Positions 47,787-58,406 of a DNA stretch of 64,000 bases are shown here, piece after piece (the first letter of the stretch is position 1; every line of letters starts with the position of its first letter). The DNA is from an uncultured bacterium (GTDB lineage: Bacteria > Fidelibacterota > Marinisomatia > Marinisomatales > TCS56). The notes under the pieces are model-generated. The model did not search any database. It saw only the letters and a program-made list of their open reading frames with translations, and was not told the DNA's origin. The stretch covers positions 33,302 through 97,301 of the forward strand of contig CAYTPW010000012.1 of NCBI GenBank assembly GCA_964439935.1, given 5' to 3'. The position numbers and the translations under genes were made by a program.

Positions 47787-47878
47787 ACCAACTGATCCTG
47801 ATTCGCCAGGATGGTACAGCAGTCCATCCGAAATATAATTAATCTGGGTAAGCTAATTATTATGTAAAACTGTCACTC

Positions 47879-47897
47879 CAGACCCGCACCGGGTCTG
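47879..47897. terminator. 8-bp GC-rich hairpin between convergent genes
   Basis: cagacccg-cac-cgggtctg between the FAH gene (+) and icd (-). No clean U-tract on either strand. Confidence 0.3.
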
Positions 47898-47945
47898 ATC
47901 GAAACCCGATTACCGATATCCAGCAGCAATCAATATCACTACCGA

Positions 47946-49193
47946 TTATAAATTCTCAATTATTGCACTGGCATATTCAGATGTTTTGATCGGTTCAATA
48001 CCACCCATCAGCCGTGCCAGATCATAGGTTACCTTTTTCTGCCGAATAGTATTTCCAACAGCGGCCACAATTACATCAGCCGCCTCCTGCCAGCCCAGGT
48101 GCTCAAGCATCATCACACCAGACAATAAAACTGAACTGGGATTTACCTTGTCCTGGTTGGCATATTTTGGAGCTGTGCCGTGAGTAGCTTCAAACAGAGC
48201 TACTTTATCTCCGATATTGGCACCGGGGGCCAGACCCAGGCCACCGATTTGAGCTGCACAGGCATCCGATAAATAATCACCATTCAGATTGGGTGTAGCG
48301 ATCACGTCATATTCATCAGTCCGGGTTAAAATCTGCTGGAGCATTGAGTCGGCAATGCGATCCTTCATCACGATTTTGCCCGCGGGAACCTGACCATCAT
48401 GTTTATCCCAGAGTTCCGCCTCAGTCAGCGTCTTGCTAGGAAACTCTTCCCTGGCGACTTCATAACCCCAGTCTCGGAAGGCGCCTTCGGTGAATTTCAT
48501 GATATTACCCTTGTGCACCAGAGTCACGGATTCGCGATCGTGCTTGATTGCATACTGGATCGCCATCCGAACCAGGCGCTTTGTTCCGGTAATACTGATT
48601 GGCTTGATTCCGATTCCCGAATCGCTCCGGATATTCGAACCAAAGGTCGTATTCAGAAATTGAATGACCTGTTCTGCTTCAGGTGATCCCTCGGTCCATT
48701 CAATACCGGCATAGACGTCTTCCGTATTCTCTCTATAAATTACAACATCCATTTTCTCTGGATTACAAACCGGCGAAGGGACACCATCAAAGTAAGATAC
48801 CGGTCGCACACAGGCATACAACTCCATCAACTGGCGCAGGGAAACATTCAGGCTCCGGAATCCACCACCCACCGGTGTAGTCAGCGGTCCCTTCAGGGCA
48901 ACATGGTAGTATTCGATTGCTTCCACCGTTTCCCCGGGAAGAAAATCGCCAGCATATTTTTCTCCGGCCAATTCACCGGCATATATATCCATCCAGGCAA
49001 TTTTCTTGCTCCCGGCATATATCTTTTCCACGGTGGTATCCAGAACCCGGCGCGTAGCCCGCATTATATCAGGACCGATACCGTCACCCTCGATAACCGG
49101 GATAATTGGGTTATCCGGGACAATCAAACGATTACCATCCCAGATTATGCGTTGACCATCTTCGGGAATATCAATATTTTCGAATGTTTTCAT
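47946..49193 (-). CDS. icd: NADP-dependent isocitrate dehydrogenase
   Basis: 415 aa, prokaryotic homodimeric IDH layout ([25 protein letters not shown]). Confidence 0.93.
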   Translation of the reverse strand: MKTFENIDIPEDGQRIIWDGNRLIVPDNPIIPVIEGDGIGPDIMRATRRVLDTTVEKIYAGSKKIAWMDIYAGELAGEKYAGDFLPGETVEAIEYYHVALKGPLTTPVGGGFRSLNVSLRQLMELYACVRPVSYFDGVPSPVCNPEKMDVVIYRENTEDVYAGIEWTEGSPEAEQVIQFLNTTFGSNIRSDSGIGIKPISITGTKRLVRMAIQYAIKHDRESVTLVHKGNIMKFTEGAFRDWGYEVAREEFPSKTLTEAELWDKHDGQVPAGKIVMKDRIADSMLQQILTRTDEYDVIATPNLNGDYLSDACAAQIGGLGLAPGANIGDKVALFEATHGTAPKYANQDKVNPSSVLLSGVMMLEHLGWQEAADVIVAAVGNTIRQKKVTYDLARLMGGIEPIKTSEYASAIIENL

Positions 49194-49201
49194 ATAATTT
49201 C

Positions 49202-51442
49202 CTAATTATCGCGAGCGATATAATTCAAAGCACTTCCAGCTTTGAACCATTCGATCTGGCGTTCATTATAGGTATGTCTTAGTGCAATTACATCAGTTGT
49301 ACCATCGTGATGGCTGGTTTTTAATGTAAGCTCTTTACCTGGTTTAAAATCGGTTAGTCCTAAAATACTTAACCGATCATCAGGAACAATTTTAGCATAA
49401 TCCTCCGGATTGGAGAAGGTCAATGCCAGCAGGCCCTGTTTTTTGAGATTGGTTTCATGAATGCGAGCGAAACTTTTTACGATAATTGCCTTTCCTCCCA
49501 AATGGCGTGGTTCCATGGCTGCATGTTCCCGGCTGGAACCTTCACCATAATTTTCTTCACCAACCACCACCCAGCCCAAGCCAGCCTGCTTATAAGCCCG
49601 GGCTACTTGCGCAATCCCGGTATATTCACCTGTTAATTGATTACGGGTTTTTCCAGGGTCTCCGGTTTCGGCATTCACCGCACCCAGAAACAGATTATCC
49701 GAAATATTATCCAGGTGACCGCGAAATCGCAACCAGGGTCCGGCCATGGAGATATGATCTGTAGTACATTTACCCTTTACTTTCACCAGCACCGGTATTT
49801 CCTGTATATCGCGACCATCCCAACCAGCAAAGGGTGTCAAAGCCTGGAGGCGCTGACTGTTGTCTGCGATTTCAATCTTAGTAGTACTTTCCGATGCAGG
49901 AGGTTTAACCAAGCCACTCTCTCCAGAGATAAATCCCTCCGGTGGCAACTCATCACCCATCGGTGGTTTTAACATTATCTTTTCACCGTTTCCATTTTCG
50001 ATCGTATCGGTAGCGGGGTTGAAGGTTAGCTCACCGGAGATCGCCAACGCAGTTACCAGTTCAGGACTGCCGACAAAAGCAAGAGTATTGGGATTGCCAT
50101 CATTACGGCGGGCAAAATTTCGATTATAGGATGTAACAATCGTATTCCGCTCCTCCTTTTCCGCTCCCATTCTGTTCCACATGCCAATACAGGGTCCGCA
50201 GGCATTTGCCAGGACGGTTCCTCCAAATTCAGTGAGGATATCCAGGTGACCGTATTTTTCCATGGTGGCCCGAATCTGTTCAGACCCGGGTGTAATATAG
50301 AATTCACTTCTGGCTTTCAAGCCCTGGTCCAGGGCCTGTTTGACAACACTGACACAGCGATCGATATCTTCATAACTGGAATTGGTACAGCTGCCAATCA
50401 GCCCGGCGCTCACCCGTTCCGGGAAAGATTCCTTTTCCACGGCCGACTTAAGCTGAGATACAGGCCAGGCCCGGTCCGGTGAAAAGGGGCCGTTGAGATG
50501 TGGTTCAAGCTGATCGAGGTTCAGCTCAATTACCTGATCATAATACCTTTCAGGATTTGTCAGGATTTCAGGATCAGCGGTCAAGTAAGCCTGCAGAGAA
50601 TTAGCTTCTTGGGCAACTGCACCCCGGTCGAGGGCTGCCAAATAATCGGCCATCCGCTGATCGTAAGGAAAGATCGATGTAGTGGCACCGATCTCCGCTC
50701 CCATATTGCAGATTGTCGCCTTTCCGGTGGCTGATATGGCCTGGGTTCCTTCACCGAAATACTCCACAATATAACCTGTCCCGCCTTTAACAGTCAGCAA
50801 ACCGGCCAAATTGAGGATCACATCCTTGGGCGCTGCCCAGCCCGAAAGTCGACCAGTAAGTTTAACTCCCATCACCTTGGGCCACTGTAATTCCCAGGGC
50901 ATGCCCACCATCACATCAACTGCGTCGGCACCGCCGACACCAATCGCCAGCATGCCCAGTCCACCACCATTCACCGTGTGGGAGTCGGTACCAATTATCA
51001 GTGCTCCGGGATAAGCATAATTCTCCAGCACAACCTGGTGAATGATCCCGGCGCCGGGTTTCCAGAAATCCAGCCCATATTTCGCGGATACATTTTCTAG
51101 AAATTGATAAACTTCACTGTTCTGGTTGAGCGCTTCAGGTAAATCGGCATCGGCACCCATACGGGCCTGGATCAAATGATCGCAATGGACCGACGAAGGT
51201 ACAGCAACTCGATCCTGACCAGCCATCATGAACTGAAGCAGGGCCATCTGTGCTGTGGCATCCTGCATCGCAACCCGATCAGGCCGCAATTCGGCATATT
51301 CCTGTCCTCTAGCCAATGAACGATCAATACGATTGAACAGATGGGTATACAGGATTTTTTCAGTTAGCGTGAGGGGTTGATCAACGATAAGCCGGACCTT
51401 GTCCTGAGCCTGCTTAAAATCAGTATAAAATGTGCGTTTCAT
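49202..51442 (-). CDS. acn: aconitate hydratase, mitochondrial type
   Basis: 746 aa. [45 protein letters not shown] and ANACGPCIG match mitochondrial aconitase blocks nearly residue for residue. Confidence 0.95.
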   Translation of the reverse strand: MKRTFYTDFKQAQDKVRLIVDQPLTLTEKILYTHLFNRIDRSLARGQEYAELRPDRVAMQDATAQMALLQFMMAGQDRVAVPSSVHCDHLIQARMGADADLPEALNQNSEVYQFLENVSAKYGLDFWKPGAGIIHQVVLENYAYPGALIIGTDSHTVNGGGLGMLAIGVGGADAVDVMVGMPWELQWPKVMGVKLTGRLSGWAAPKDVILNLAGLLTVKGGTGYIVEYFGEGTQAISATGKATICNMGAEIGATTSIFPYDQRMADYLAALDRGAVAQEANSLQAYLTADPEILTNPERYYDQVIELNLDQLEPHLNGPFSPDRAWPVSQLKSAVEKESFPERVSAGLIGSCTNSSYEDIDRCVSVVKQALDQGLKARSEFYITPGSEQIRATMEKYGHLDILTEFGGTVLANACGPCIGMWNRMGAEKEERNTIVTSYNRNFARRNDGNPNTLAFVGSPELVTALAISGELTFNPATDTIENGNGEKIMLKPPMGDELPPEGFISGESGLVKPPASESTTKIEIADNSQRLQALTPFAGWDGRDIQEIPVLVKVKGKCTTDHISMAGPWLRFRGHLDNISDNLFLGAVNAETGDPGKTRNQLTGEYTGIAQVARAYKQAGLGWVVVGEENYGEGSSREHAAMEPRHLGGKAIIVKSFARIHETNLKKQGLLALTFSNPEDYAKIVPDDRLSILGLTDFKPGKELTLKTSHHDGTTDVIALRHTYNERQIEWFKAGSALNYIARDN

Positions 51443-51511
51443 AGTTATCCCACTACCGACTATTGTATTTCCCGATAGGATTGAATACTAGTTATCTAAT
51501 TACTGGGATAT

Positions 51512-53215
51512 TTATACTACATGACGTGCCGTCTTGAAAAATTCAGCCATTTCCTTATCAACTGTACTCACATGGGTAGTAAAATGATCAACCAGCATCT
51601 GTTTGACCAAAATCACCAACCTGGTTGTACCACCAATGGTCTGAAATTCCTCTTTAAGCAACGCAACTGATTTTTTGAACTCATCATGCTGGGCGCGATG
51701 TTCTTCCAATTTCGGGTATTTATATTTTTCCATATATTGCTCTTCCAGCGACAAGTGCTTGGCGGAATAACGCTCCAGAAAGCCAAACAGATCATTAATG
51801 TAATAATCAGCTTTCCCTGTATGATAAGCATCAATCAGGCTTTTCAATTGTTCCAGCATTGCTTTATGATCATTATCAATCTCAAAGATACCGACACTGA
51901 GACTCTCGTCCCATTTGAGTACCAAACCTTCCAGGTATTCGGTAGTGATCGATTTGGGACGTTCCAGTGTAGCTCCCAGCAGGCGAGCCCACACGTACCA
52001 GCTTAGCACACCAATGGACCTTGAAACACCAAACAGGACGGTATAAAAATCGTATTCCTTGATACCATAATGATAAAGAACGCTGCCGGAATGGGCATCA
52101 ACATTGGGCCAAGGATTCTTGGCTTTTCCATGAATGCGCAGAATGTCTGGTACGACTTCATATAACAATGATACAACCTTAAACAATTCATCCTCCGGAA
52201 AATGTTCCAGGGCAAATCCGCGCAGGGCAGTGTAGCGGGGATCCGTTTTACGCAATACTGCATGGCCATAACCCGGAATCAGGCGACCGACATTCAGGGT
52301 ATTCCAGACATATTCTTCAATCTGTTTCTTAGTGGGGATCCCACCATCGAACTGCTCACGCATTTTGGCAATCCACTGCAGTACCTGCTGATTGGCCATA
52401 CCGTGTAGTGGGCCGGCTAAACCGTTCAGCCCAGCAGATAAAGCGAGGAACGGATCGGATAAAGTTGATCCGACAAGCTGTACGGTATGAGCCGATACAT
52501 TACCCCCCTCATGATCGGCATGCAGGAACAGAAACAAACGCATTACCTCGTAGATTTCAGGGTCATCAACACCCATCATATGAGCCAGATTAGCTGCCCA
52601 GTCAAGCTCAGGATCGGCCTTAATTCGAACACCATCATGGTAGGTTCGGCGGTAAATATAGGCCGTAATGGTTGGTAGTTTAGCCAGGATACTCAGAGCA
52701 TCCTCCAAAGCCGGCTCCCACAGTTCCGGGCGTGGCCGTCCAGCCCGGAATTCTTTCGAAAATTCCGAGGTACCTTGCAACGAAAGCAGCGCCAGTGATA
52801 ATTGGGTCATCGGCGATATATCTTTAGGCAGGCTATCCAAAGTATTGAAAACATGCTCCGGTACCGTACTCCGTTGTTTATACTCAGCGCAAATTTCCTC
52901 TACATCGTTATCGGTGGGCAGATTTCCAGTGATTAATAAATAGAAAAGTCCTTCTGGAAGCGGTTGTTTTCCGCCATCAGCGCTCGGCAGCATCTCAATC
53001 AACTCCGGCAAAGTGTAACCTCGGTAACGGATTCCTTCATTAGGATCCAGCATGGAAGTTTCACAAATCAGACTTTTTACCCCCCTTGTGCCCCCGTAAA
53101 TTTGGCTAAGGGTAACATCAGACACTTTAAAATCACCATAATTAGTCAGAAGATGACTGATTCGGTTTTTCATTGGTTCGACTAAGCGACCAAGTTTTTC
53201 TTTAAAAGCAGACAT
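51512..53215 (-). CDS. gltA: citrate synthase (mitochondrial/eukaryotic type) fused to a C-terminal hemerythrin domain
   Basis: 567 aa. Residues 1 to ~433 parallel pig heart CS (GGTRGVKSLICETSMLDPNEGIRYRGY, HADHEGGNVSAH, GYGHAVLRKTDPRY, LERPKSITTEYLEGLV). A 134-aa hemerythrin domain follows with no stop or frameshift. Confidence 0.92.
   Translation of the reverse strand: MSAFKEKLGRLVEPMKNRISHLLTNYGDFKVSDVTLSQIYGGTRGVKSLICETSMLDPNEGIRYRGYTLPELIEMLPSADGGKQPLPEGLFYLLITGNLPTDNDVEEICAEYKQRSTVPEHVFNTLDSLPKDISPMTQLSLALLSLQGTSEFSKEFRAGRPRPELWEPALEDALSILAKLPTITAYIYRRTYHDGVRIKADPELDWAANLAHMMGVDDPEIYEVMRLFLFLHADHEGGNVSAHTVQLVGSTLSDPFLALSAGLNGLAGPLHGMANQQVLQWIAKMREQFDGGIPTKKQIEEYVWNTLNVGRLIPGYGHAVLRKTDPRYTALRGFALEHFPEDELFKVVSLLYEVVPDILRIHGKAKNPWPNVDAHSGSVLYHYGIKEYDFYTVLFGVSRSIGVLSWYVWARLLGATLERPKSITTEYLEGLVLKWDESLSVGIFEIDNDHKAMLEQLKSLIDAYHTGKADYYINDLFGFLERYSAKHLSLEEQYMEKYKYPKLEEHRAQHDEFKKSVALLKEEFQTIGGTTRLVILVKQMLVDHFTTHVSTVDKEMAEFFKTARHVV
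51515..51916 (-). other. hemerythrin-like metal-binding domain (C-terminal domain of the citrate synthase ORF)
   Basis: KWDESLSVGIFEIDNDH...KHLSLEE (HxxxE)...HRAQH (HxxxH)...THVSTVD (HxxxxD). The full diiron ligand pattern of bacteriohemerythrins is present. Confidence 0.8.
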
Positions 53216-53635
53216 GATAGCTCCTTATTGTATTAGCTTGTACGTTCAATGATCCAAACACTGTTACCATCACAAATCGATGTGAGACCAGGTGTCTTTC
53301 CCCCCAAGGATCATACGCTATAGAATTTACAAATTTGGTGTTTGATTTAGTAGTCTAATTACAGGCCTATTGCCTTACTTATCATCAATTTTGCAGTTCT
53401 GGAGAATGCTGCTTTGCAAAATCGATACACTCCACTAAAAAATCTTCAGTTTCGGAAACCAAGTGACCGGTGATCAGAATGCAACAGACCATTTTATTCA
53501 CTCCATTGCGACCCGTTTATGATTAAAATACAATATTGATTTAGATTTTAGGCGGGTCTATTTTATTTTCCGTAATCAATTGCCCAATTGCAATTCTTGG
53601 TAAAAATAAAATCGTACATAAAAAGAGCCGGCAGT

Positions 53636-54127
53636 ATGCAAAAGAATATCCGCTTTACTATCATCCATCGAATACTGATGACAATAATTATTTTATCAAT
53701 TATCGGCAACAACCACGCTGTTGGGCAGGTTGCTGGATACTTGGGCTTCTCCGGGGGATCGGTAAATGATGATGATGAAGAAAAAAAAGGCTACTGGGTA
53801 GAGTTCGGTGCTTACGGAAATATTCATCGAAAGCTGGTTTTGGGTGCCAAACATACTGCCGGATTGATGTTTATTGATCTTGGATATTCACTTGTCACAA
53901 ATGATTATATCAATATCTACCCGGCGATTTCATTCGGATCGGACTTAGGCTCATCATCGGCGATTGACGCATCATTTGGTATCGATCTTTACGAAGGCCA
54001 TAAGCTGGCCCAGAATAAAAGAAGTATGGTGTTAGGTCTGCGTTTGGGTATTAAAAGTCCAATCAATATGCAGCTTGATACTTACCAGGAGGGTTTTTAT
54101 TTCCAGTTGCGCTACGGGTCGATATAG
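53636..54127 (+). CDS. hypothetical small exported protein (beta-rich, possibly outer-membrane)
   Basis: ATG 53636 gives MQKNIRFTIIHRILMTIIILSIIGNNHAVGQ (signal-like), then alternating-pattern beta-strand-like sequence. No family recognised. Confidence 0.45.
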   Translation: MQKNIRFTIIHRILMTIIILSIIGNNHAVGQVAGYLGFSGGSVNDDDEEKKGYWVEFGAYGNIHRKLVLGAKHTAGLMFIDLGYSLVTNDYINIYPAISFGSDLGSSSAIDASFGIDLYEGHKLAQNKRSMVLGLRLGIKSPINMQLDTYQEGFYFQLRYGSI

Positions 54128-54228
54128 TTCCAAAGACAATTCAAGCAGTTAATGTCGTTCGAATAGAAGCAGATCCAGTAGAGCTTTTTAAGTCTTTACA
54201 GTCAATCCTACTGCTAGCCTTAATGCTG

Positions 54229-56088
54229 TTATTTTAGCAAAACCATTTTCCGGGTTTGTCGATTGTCCTCCGCCACAAACTGATACAGGTAAACTCCAGC
54301 ACTAACCGGTATTCCCAGCTCGTTTGTCGCATCCCATTCAATGGTCCTAACGCCCGCCGGTTGTCTTTCATCAATTAGGATTTTGATCCGTTCTCCCAGC
54401 AAATTGTAAATCGCAATTTTGACTGTCGCCTGTCTGGGCAAAACATATCGAATAGTCGTGCTGGGATTAAATGGATTAGGATAACTCTGATATAATCTAA
54501 ATTGTTCCGGTAAACTGGTAGTGGTTAGGCCACCCAGGGGCGTGGCCATCATGGGAGCGCTTTCGTTACTTAATCGATCCAGAGCAGTAACGACATAATA
54601 ATGCAAACCGGTTGCCTGGTCAGTATATAAAGTATCCGTACCGGGAACTATCGCCAGGATATTGGCGGGATCCTCAATATTAACGGATAAAGAATCAAAG
54701 CGATAAATGACATATTTGGCGGCTGAATCACCGTCTGACGCGGCTGCCGGATGACACCAAGAAATATGATAATCATCGACATCCTGTTCTACGGTTACAC
54801 TGCAGGGACTTAAAGGCGGTATACTATCCTTCCAGGTCATGATCGGCGTAATAGCAGGATAAGGATATAGATTATAGCGTAGCGAATCAAGGAAACCACG
54901 CAGGTCGGTCATCAAGCCGTTACGAATCCTGAAAAATACACTGCCCTTGCAACCTTCCGTCATCCGATTTAAGCGAATCTGGTTTGGCATTTCCTGGTTT
55001 GACCAGTTGGGAATCCGATACGCGGCTTGCCCCACGTAAAGCTGGCGATCGTTGATCGATACCTCGCCTGCCCACCAGGGCATCAACAGACCATAATCCT
55101 GACCGCCACCGAAAGGCCAGTATAATTGTGGTGTCAGGTAATCGATGGAACCGGCCTGCAACCAAGCTATCGGATCACAATAGATAGCATCATAGGAACT
55201 GAGGCCAACAATATCCGGCGGTACATTGTGTTTCCAGATTCCGAAGGGCGAAATACCGAATTTTATTTCCGGTTTAACAGCCTGGATACTGTCATACAGA
55301 CTTTGCACCAGCAGATTGACATTATCCCGGCGCCAGTCTTCAATATCGGTAAAACCCCGGGGTTCGGCTGCGAATGTAGCGGCATCTTCATTAGTAATAC
55401 CATTGGGGGGATAGGGATAAAAATAATCATCCATATGGACGCCGTCGATGTTATAGCGGTTGACGACATCCATAAAAACATTCACTGTATAATCCCGTAC
55501 CGCCGCTTTGCCTGGATCGAGAATCACGGCTCCAGTTCGCAAATCGCGATCTTCATTTTCCAGCGCTAATGTGTTCGAAAACATATAAGCGGGGCGCCCA
55601 TTCCGACTCCTGGTACCTACATTGAGCACCCAGTCCGGATGCTGGTGATAAACATGGCTGCTATCTAGACCGGCCAGATTGCTGGCGGTGCTGATGCGAT
55701 AAGGATTGAACCAGGCATGCAATTCGATGCCACGGGAATGGGCTTGATCGATAAAATATTCCAATGGATCGTAGTAGGGATTGGGCGCCTGACCGGAGTT
55801 ACCGGTAAGCTCATGGGACCAGGGTTCGTGATTCGAATCATAAAAAGCATCACAGCCCGGCCGCACCTGAAAAACGACGGCATTAAAATTATAGCTGCCA
55901 AGGAAATCCAACATTTGACGAATCTCAGATTTCTGAGTGCTGGTTGACGACTGATTGCGAGGAAAATCAATGTGCGATGCGGTGGCTATCCAGGCGGCAC
56001 GAAATTCATGCTTGGGTTGATCTGTGCCTGGTGCAAAATGTACTGTGAAAACTACAATCACGGCGATTAATGATCGGATTCGATTCAT
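54229..56088 (-). CDS. glycoside-hydrolase-like family 10 (GHL10/DUF187) protein with FN3-like region and T9SS C-terminal domain
   Basis: EFRAAWIATASHIDFP..., NAVVFQVRP, GIELHAWFNPYR and VDGVHMDDYFYPYP are GHL10 hallmarks. C-terminus YPNPFNPSTTIRY...GVYLYQF...RKMVLLK. I start at ATG 56088 (RBS GGAG); the track starts at 56124. Confidence 0.75.
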   Translation of the reverse strand: MNRIRSLIAVIVVFTVHFAPGTDQPKHEFRAAWIATASHIDFPRNQSSTSTQKSEIRQMLDFLGSYNFNAVVFQVRPGCDAFYDSNHEPWSHELTGNSGQAPNPYYDPLEYFIDQAHSRGIELHAWFNPYRISTASNLAGLDSSHVYHQHPDWVLNVGTRSRNGRPAYMFSNTLALENEDRDLRTGAVILDPGKAAVRDYTVNVFMDVVNRYNIDGVHMDDYFYPYPPNGITNEDAATFAAEPRGFTDIEDWRRDNVNLLVQSLYDSIQAVKPEIKFGISPFGIWKHNVPPDIVGLSSYDAIYCDPIAWLQAGSIDYLTPQLYWPFGGGQDYGLLMPWWAGEVSINDRQLYVGQAAYRIPNWSNQEMPNQIRLNRMTEGCKGSVFFRIRNGLMTDLRGFLDSLRYNLYPYPAITPIMTWKDSIPPLSPCSVTVEQDVDDYHISWCHPAAASDGDSAAKYVIYRFDSLSVNIEDPANILAIVPGTDTLYTDQATGLHYYVVTALDRLSNESAPMMATPLGGLTTTSLPEQFRLYQSYPNPFNPSTTIRYVLPRQATVKIAIYNLLGERIKILIDERQPAGVRTIEWDATNELGIPVSAGVYLYQFVAEDNRQTRKMVLLK

Positions 56089-56308
56089 ACCGACTCCATT
56101 TGATTTTTTTACTGTCTGGTACATTAATTACCTCAAAATGTATTAAATGAGAATAGAATATAAGTCATGTGTAAAACATATTGGTGCTGATTTCGATTGG
56201 AAAATTAATGAATAGAGAACCAGGTGAATCCAACGCAATATTCAAATTCAGTATCAAATAAAAGCTGTGCAAAATATTGCCGAATCGATATCCGGCTTAA
56301 ACAATATT

Positions 56309-57322
56309 TCAACGGAATTTGCTGTAATTGGACGGTAGAACCTGCGCGAGATCATCTTTTTCATTTTTAGAAATAAAGGAATTTGTTAATGAATTGATAT
56401 TGCACCTATAAAATTGATCTGCACTCCAACCAAACGTGTTTGCCAGTTTAAAATACTCATCAGTCAAAGTTACATTAACCAATGATCTTGCGTCGGTATT
56501 AATACCTACAGAAACTCCGGCATTGTAGAGAAAATCAATCGGATGATCTGCATATTCATTGAACACATCCGTTTGAATATTGCAGGTTGGACAAATCTCC
56601 AGGTGTATTTGATGTTGTACTAGAAATTCAATCAATTCTTCATCCTCAATGCTTCGAACACCGTGGCCGATTCTTCCTGGTTTAAAATATTTTATTATTT
56701 CCCATACACTTTCTGCACCCTTTGCTTCACCGGCATGGGCAGTTCGTGGAATATCTTTTTTTATTGCATACTCAAATGCCATTTTGTGAGCATCGATTGG
56801 ATAACCAGCCTCATCAGCGGCAATATCAAATCCGACAACACAGGTATGCGCCATATATGTCTCCACTAATCTGATTGTCCGATAACTTAATTCGTCATTG
56901 TAATGTCGGAGCGTACATAATATAACACCGGCTTTAATTCCCGTTGATCTACTATTATCTGACACACTACCGGCAATTATCTCAACGACTGTTTCCGGTA
57001 ATAGCCCTTTCTTCAAATGTTGAAATGGAGCAAAACGTAACTCTGCATAAATAACATTATCCCGTTTCAATTGTGCAAATAAATCCTTTACCACTTCTAT
57101 GAGTTCCTCCTCAGTCTGCATTAAATCAATTCCACTGGAACTACATTTCAAAAAATCCGCCAGATCAGTGCATTTCTCGGGCGCAATAAATTTTTTGATA
57201 TATTTCTCATCTGTAAACTGTGGTCGCAATCTTTTTACAGCATCAGGACTTAGTGAACAATCGAGATGAAGATGAAGCTCTATTTTGGGGATGGAGAGAA
57301 GTGATTTATAATTCATTTTCAA
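56309..57322 (-). CDS. add: adenosine deaminase
   Basis: 337 aa. PKIELHLHLDCSL, HAGE and GINTDA motifs of the adenosine/AMP deaminase family. Confidence 0.88.
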   Translation of the reverse strand: MKMNYKSLLSIPKIELHLHLDCSLSPDAVKRLRPQFTDEKYIKKFIAPEKCTDLADFLKCSSSGIDLMQTEEELIEVVKDLFAQLKRDNVIYAELRFAPFQHLKKGLLPETVVEIIAGSVSDNSRSTGIKAGVILCTLRHYNDELSYRTIRLVETYMAHTCVVGFDIAADEAGYPIDAHKMAFEYAIKKDIPRTAHAGEAKGAESVWEIIKYFKPGRIGHGVRSIEDEELIEFLVQHQIHLEICPTCNIQTDVFNEYADHPIDFLYNAGVSVGINTDARSLVNVTLTDEYFKLANTFGWSADQFYRCNINSLTNSFISKNEKDDLAQVLPSNYSKFR

Positions 57323-57390
57323 TTATTGTTGCTCACCTTTTATTCATTTAATAATTGCCTGGAAAAAATAATCAGTGGTGAAAACCTGTA

Positions 57391-58305
57391 TTAAGCTGTT
57401 GGTCGTTTATTTATGCTGTTTCTCTTTAGCTGCACCAGAACAGCACCAATAGCGGCGATTGTCATTCCAATACCTTCCTGAAGTGTAATCTTTTCATCAA
57501 TGAAAAACCAGGCCAGAATTGCTATTTGAATCAACATGGTGCCATTGATAATACTTGATTCCATTGCAGCAAGAGTACGGAGTGTGTGGTTCCATAATGT
57601 AAAAGCAAGAGCTGTGTTTATGCCGGCCAGCCAAAGCAGTAATAACCAATTTACTGGACTAATGGATGGAATTCCGTTGATAGCAATTCCTATAATCAGC
57701 AGTAAAATAGAACCGACTCCCATACTGACGGAGGTAACTACAACCGGACTAATGTCTTTGCTCCTGTTGATATTCCGTCCCAGAATAGAAGAGCCGGAAT
57801 TTGCCAAAACACCAATAAACATCACAGCCAGACCAATACCTTGATTTCCCGAAAAAGAAATGGGCAGGAAATAAAATAGGATTCCAAATATAAAAAGGAT
57901 TGCACCCGACCATTGAATCAGGCTCGGTTTTTCACCCAACAGCGCGATACCCATTATTGCTACGATTATCGGGGTAAAATTGAGCATCAGACTCACGCTC
58001 ACCGCAGGGAGTAAATATAATCCCAGGAATTGCGTGCCTTGAGTGAAAGTATAAAATACAATGCCCAGTAAAATCAGTTTCCTCCACTGTTTGGCATGGA
58101 GGTTTTTTATTTCTTCAATATAATTCTTTTTTAATAGGAATGGAATGAAACACAAGAAGGCAAGGATGTAGCGCAATCCTGCAAAACTGATGGGTGGAAT
58201 CTCAGCGAGGCCCCATTTTATGATTATAAATGATGTCGACCAGAGAAAGGTGACTAACAACGCTTGAAGAACGATAGAAAAATGATGAAAAGGCTTCTGA
58301 TCCAA
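57391..58305 (-). CDS. DMT-superfamily (EamA) transporter
   Basis: 304 aa, 10 predicted TM segments in two EamA-like halves. Confidence 0.8.
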   Translation of the reverse strand: MDQKPFHHFSIVLQALLVTFLWSTSFIIIKWGLAEIPPISFAGLRYILAFLCFIPFLLKKNYIEEIKNLHAKQWRKLILLGIVFYTFTQGTQFLGLYLLPAVSVSLMLNFTPIIVAIMGIALLGEKPSLIQWSGAILFIFGILFYFLPISFSGNQGIGLAVMFIGVLANSGSSILGRNINRSKDISPVVVTSVSMGVGSILLLIIGIAINGIPSISPVNWLLLLWLAGINTALAFTLWNHTLRTLAAMESSIINGTMLIQIAILAWFFIDEKITLQEGIGMTIAAIGAVLVQLKRNSINKRPTA

Positions 58306-58406
58306 TCACTGCTCCTTGTGCTTATAATAAGCGGTTAAGCCGGCGGATGATTTCTGCGGTACCAAGAATGTATTAATTTTCATACCTTCAAACATGTTAC
58401 ACACTT

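Noticed and set aside
53388-53422. 8-bp inverted repeat attttgca-N19-tgcaaaat in the leader of the TCA operon
   Set aside because: It is short and AT-rich, about 170 bp upstream of the start. I cannot distinguish it from chance without comparative data.
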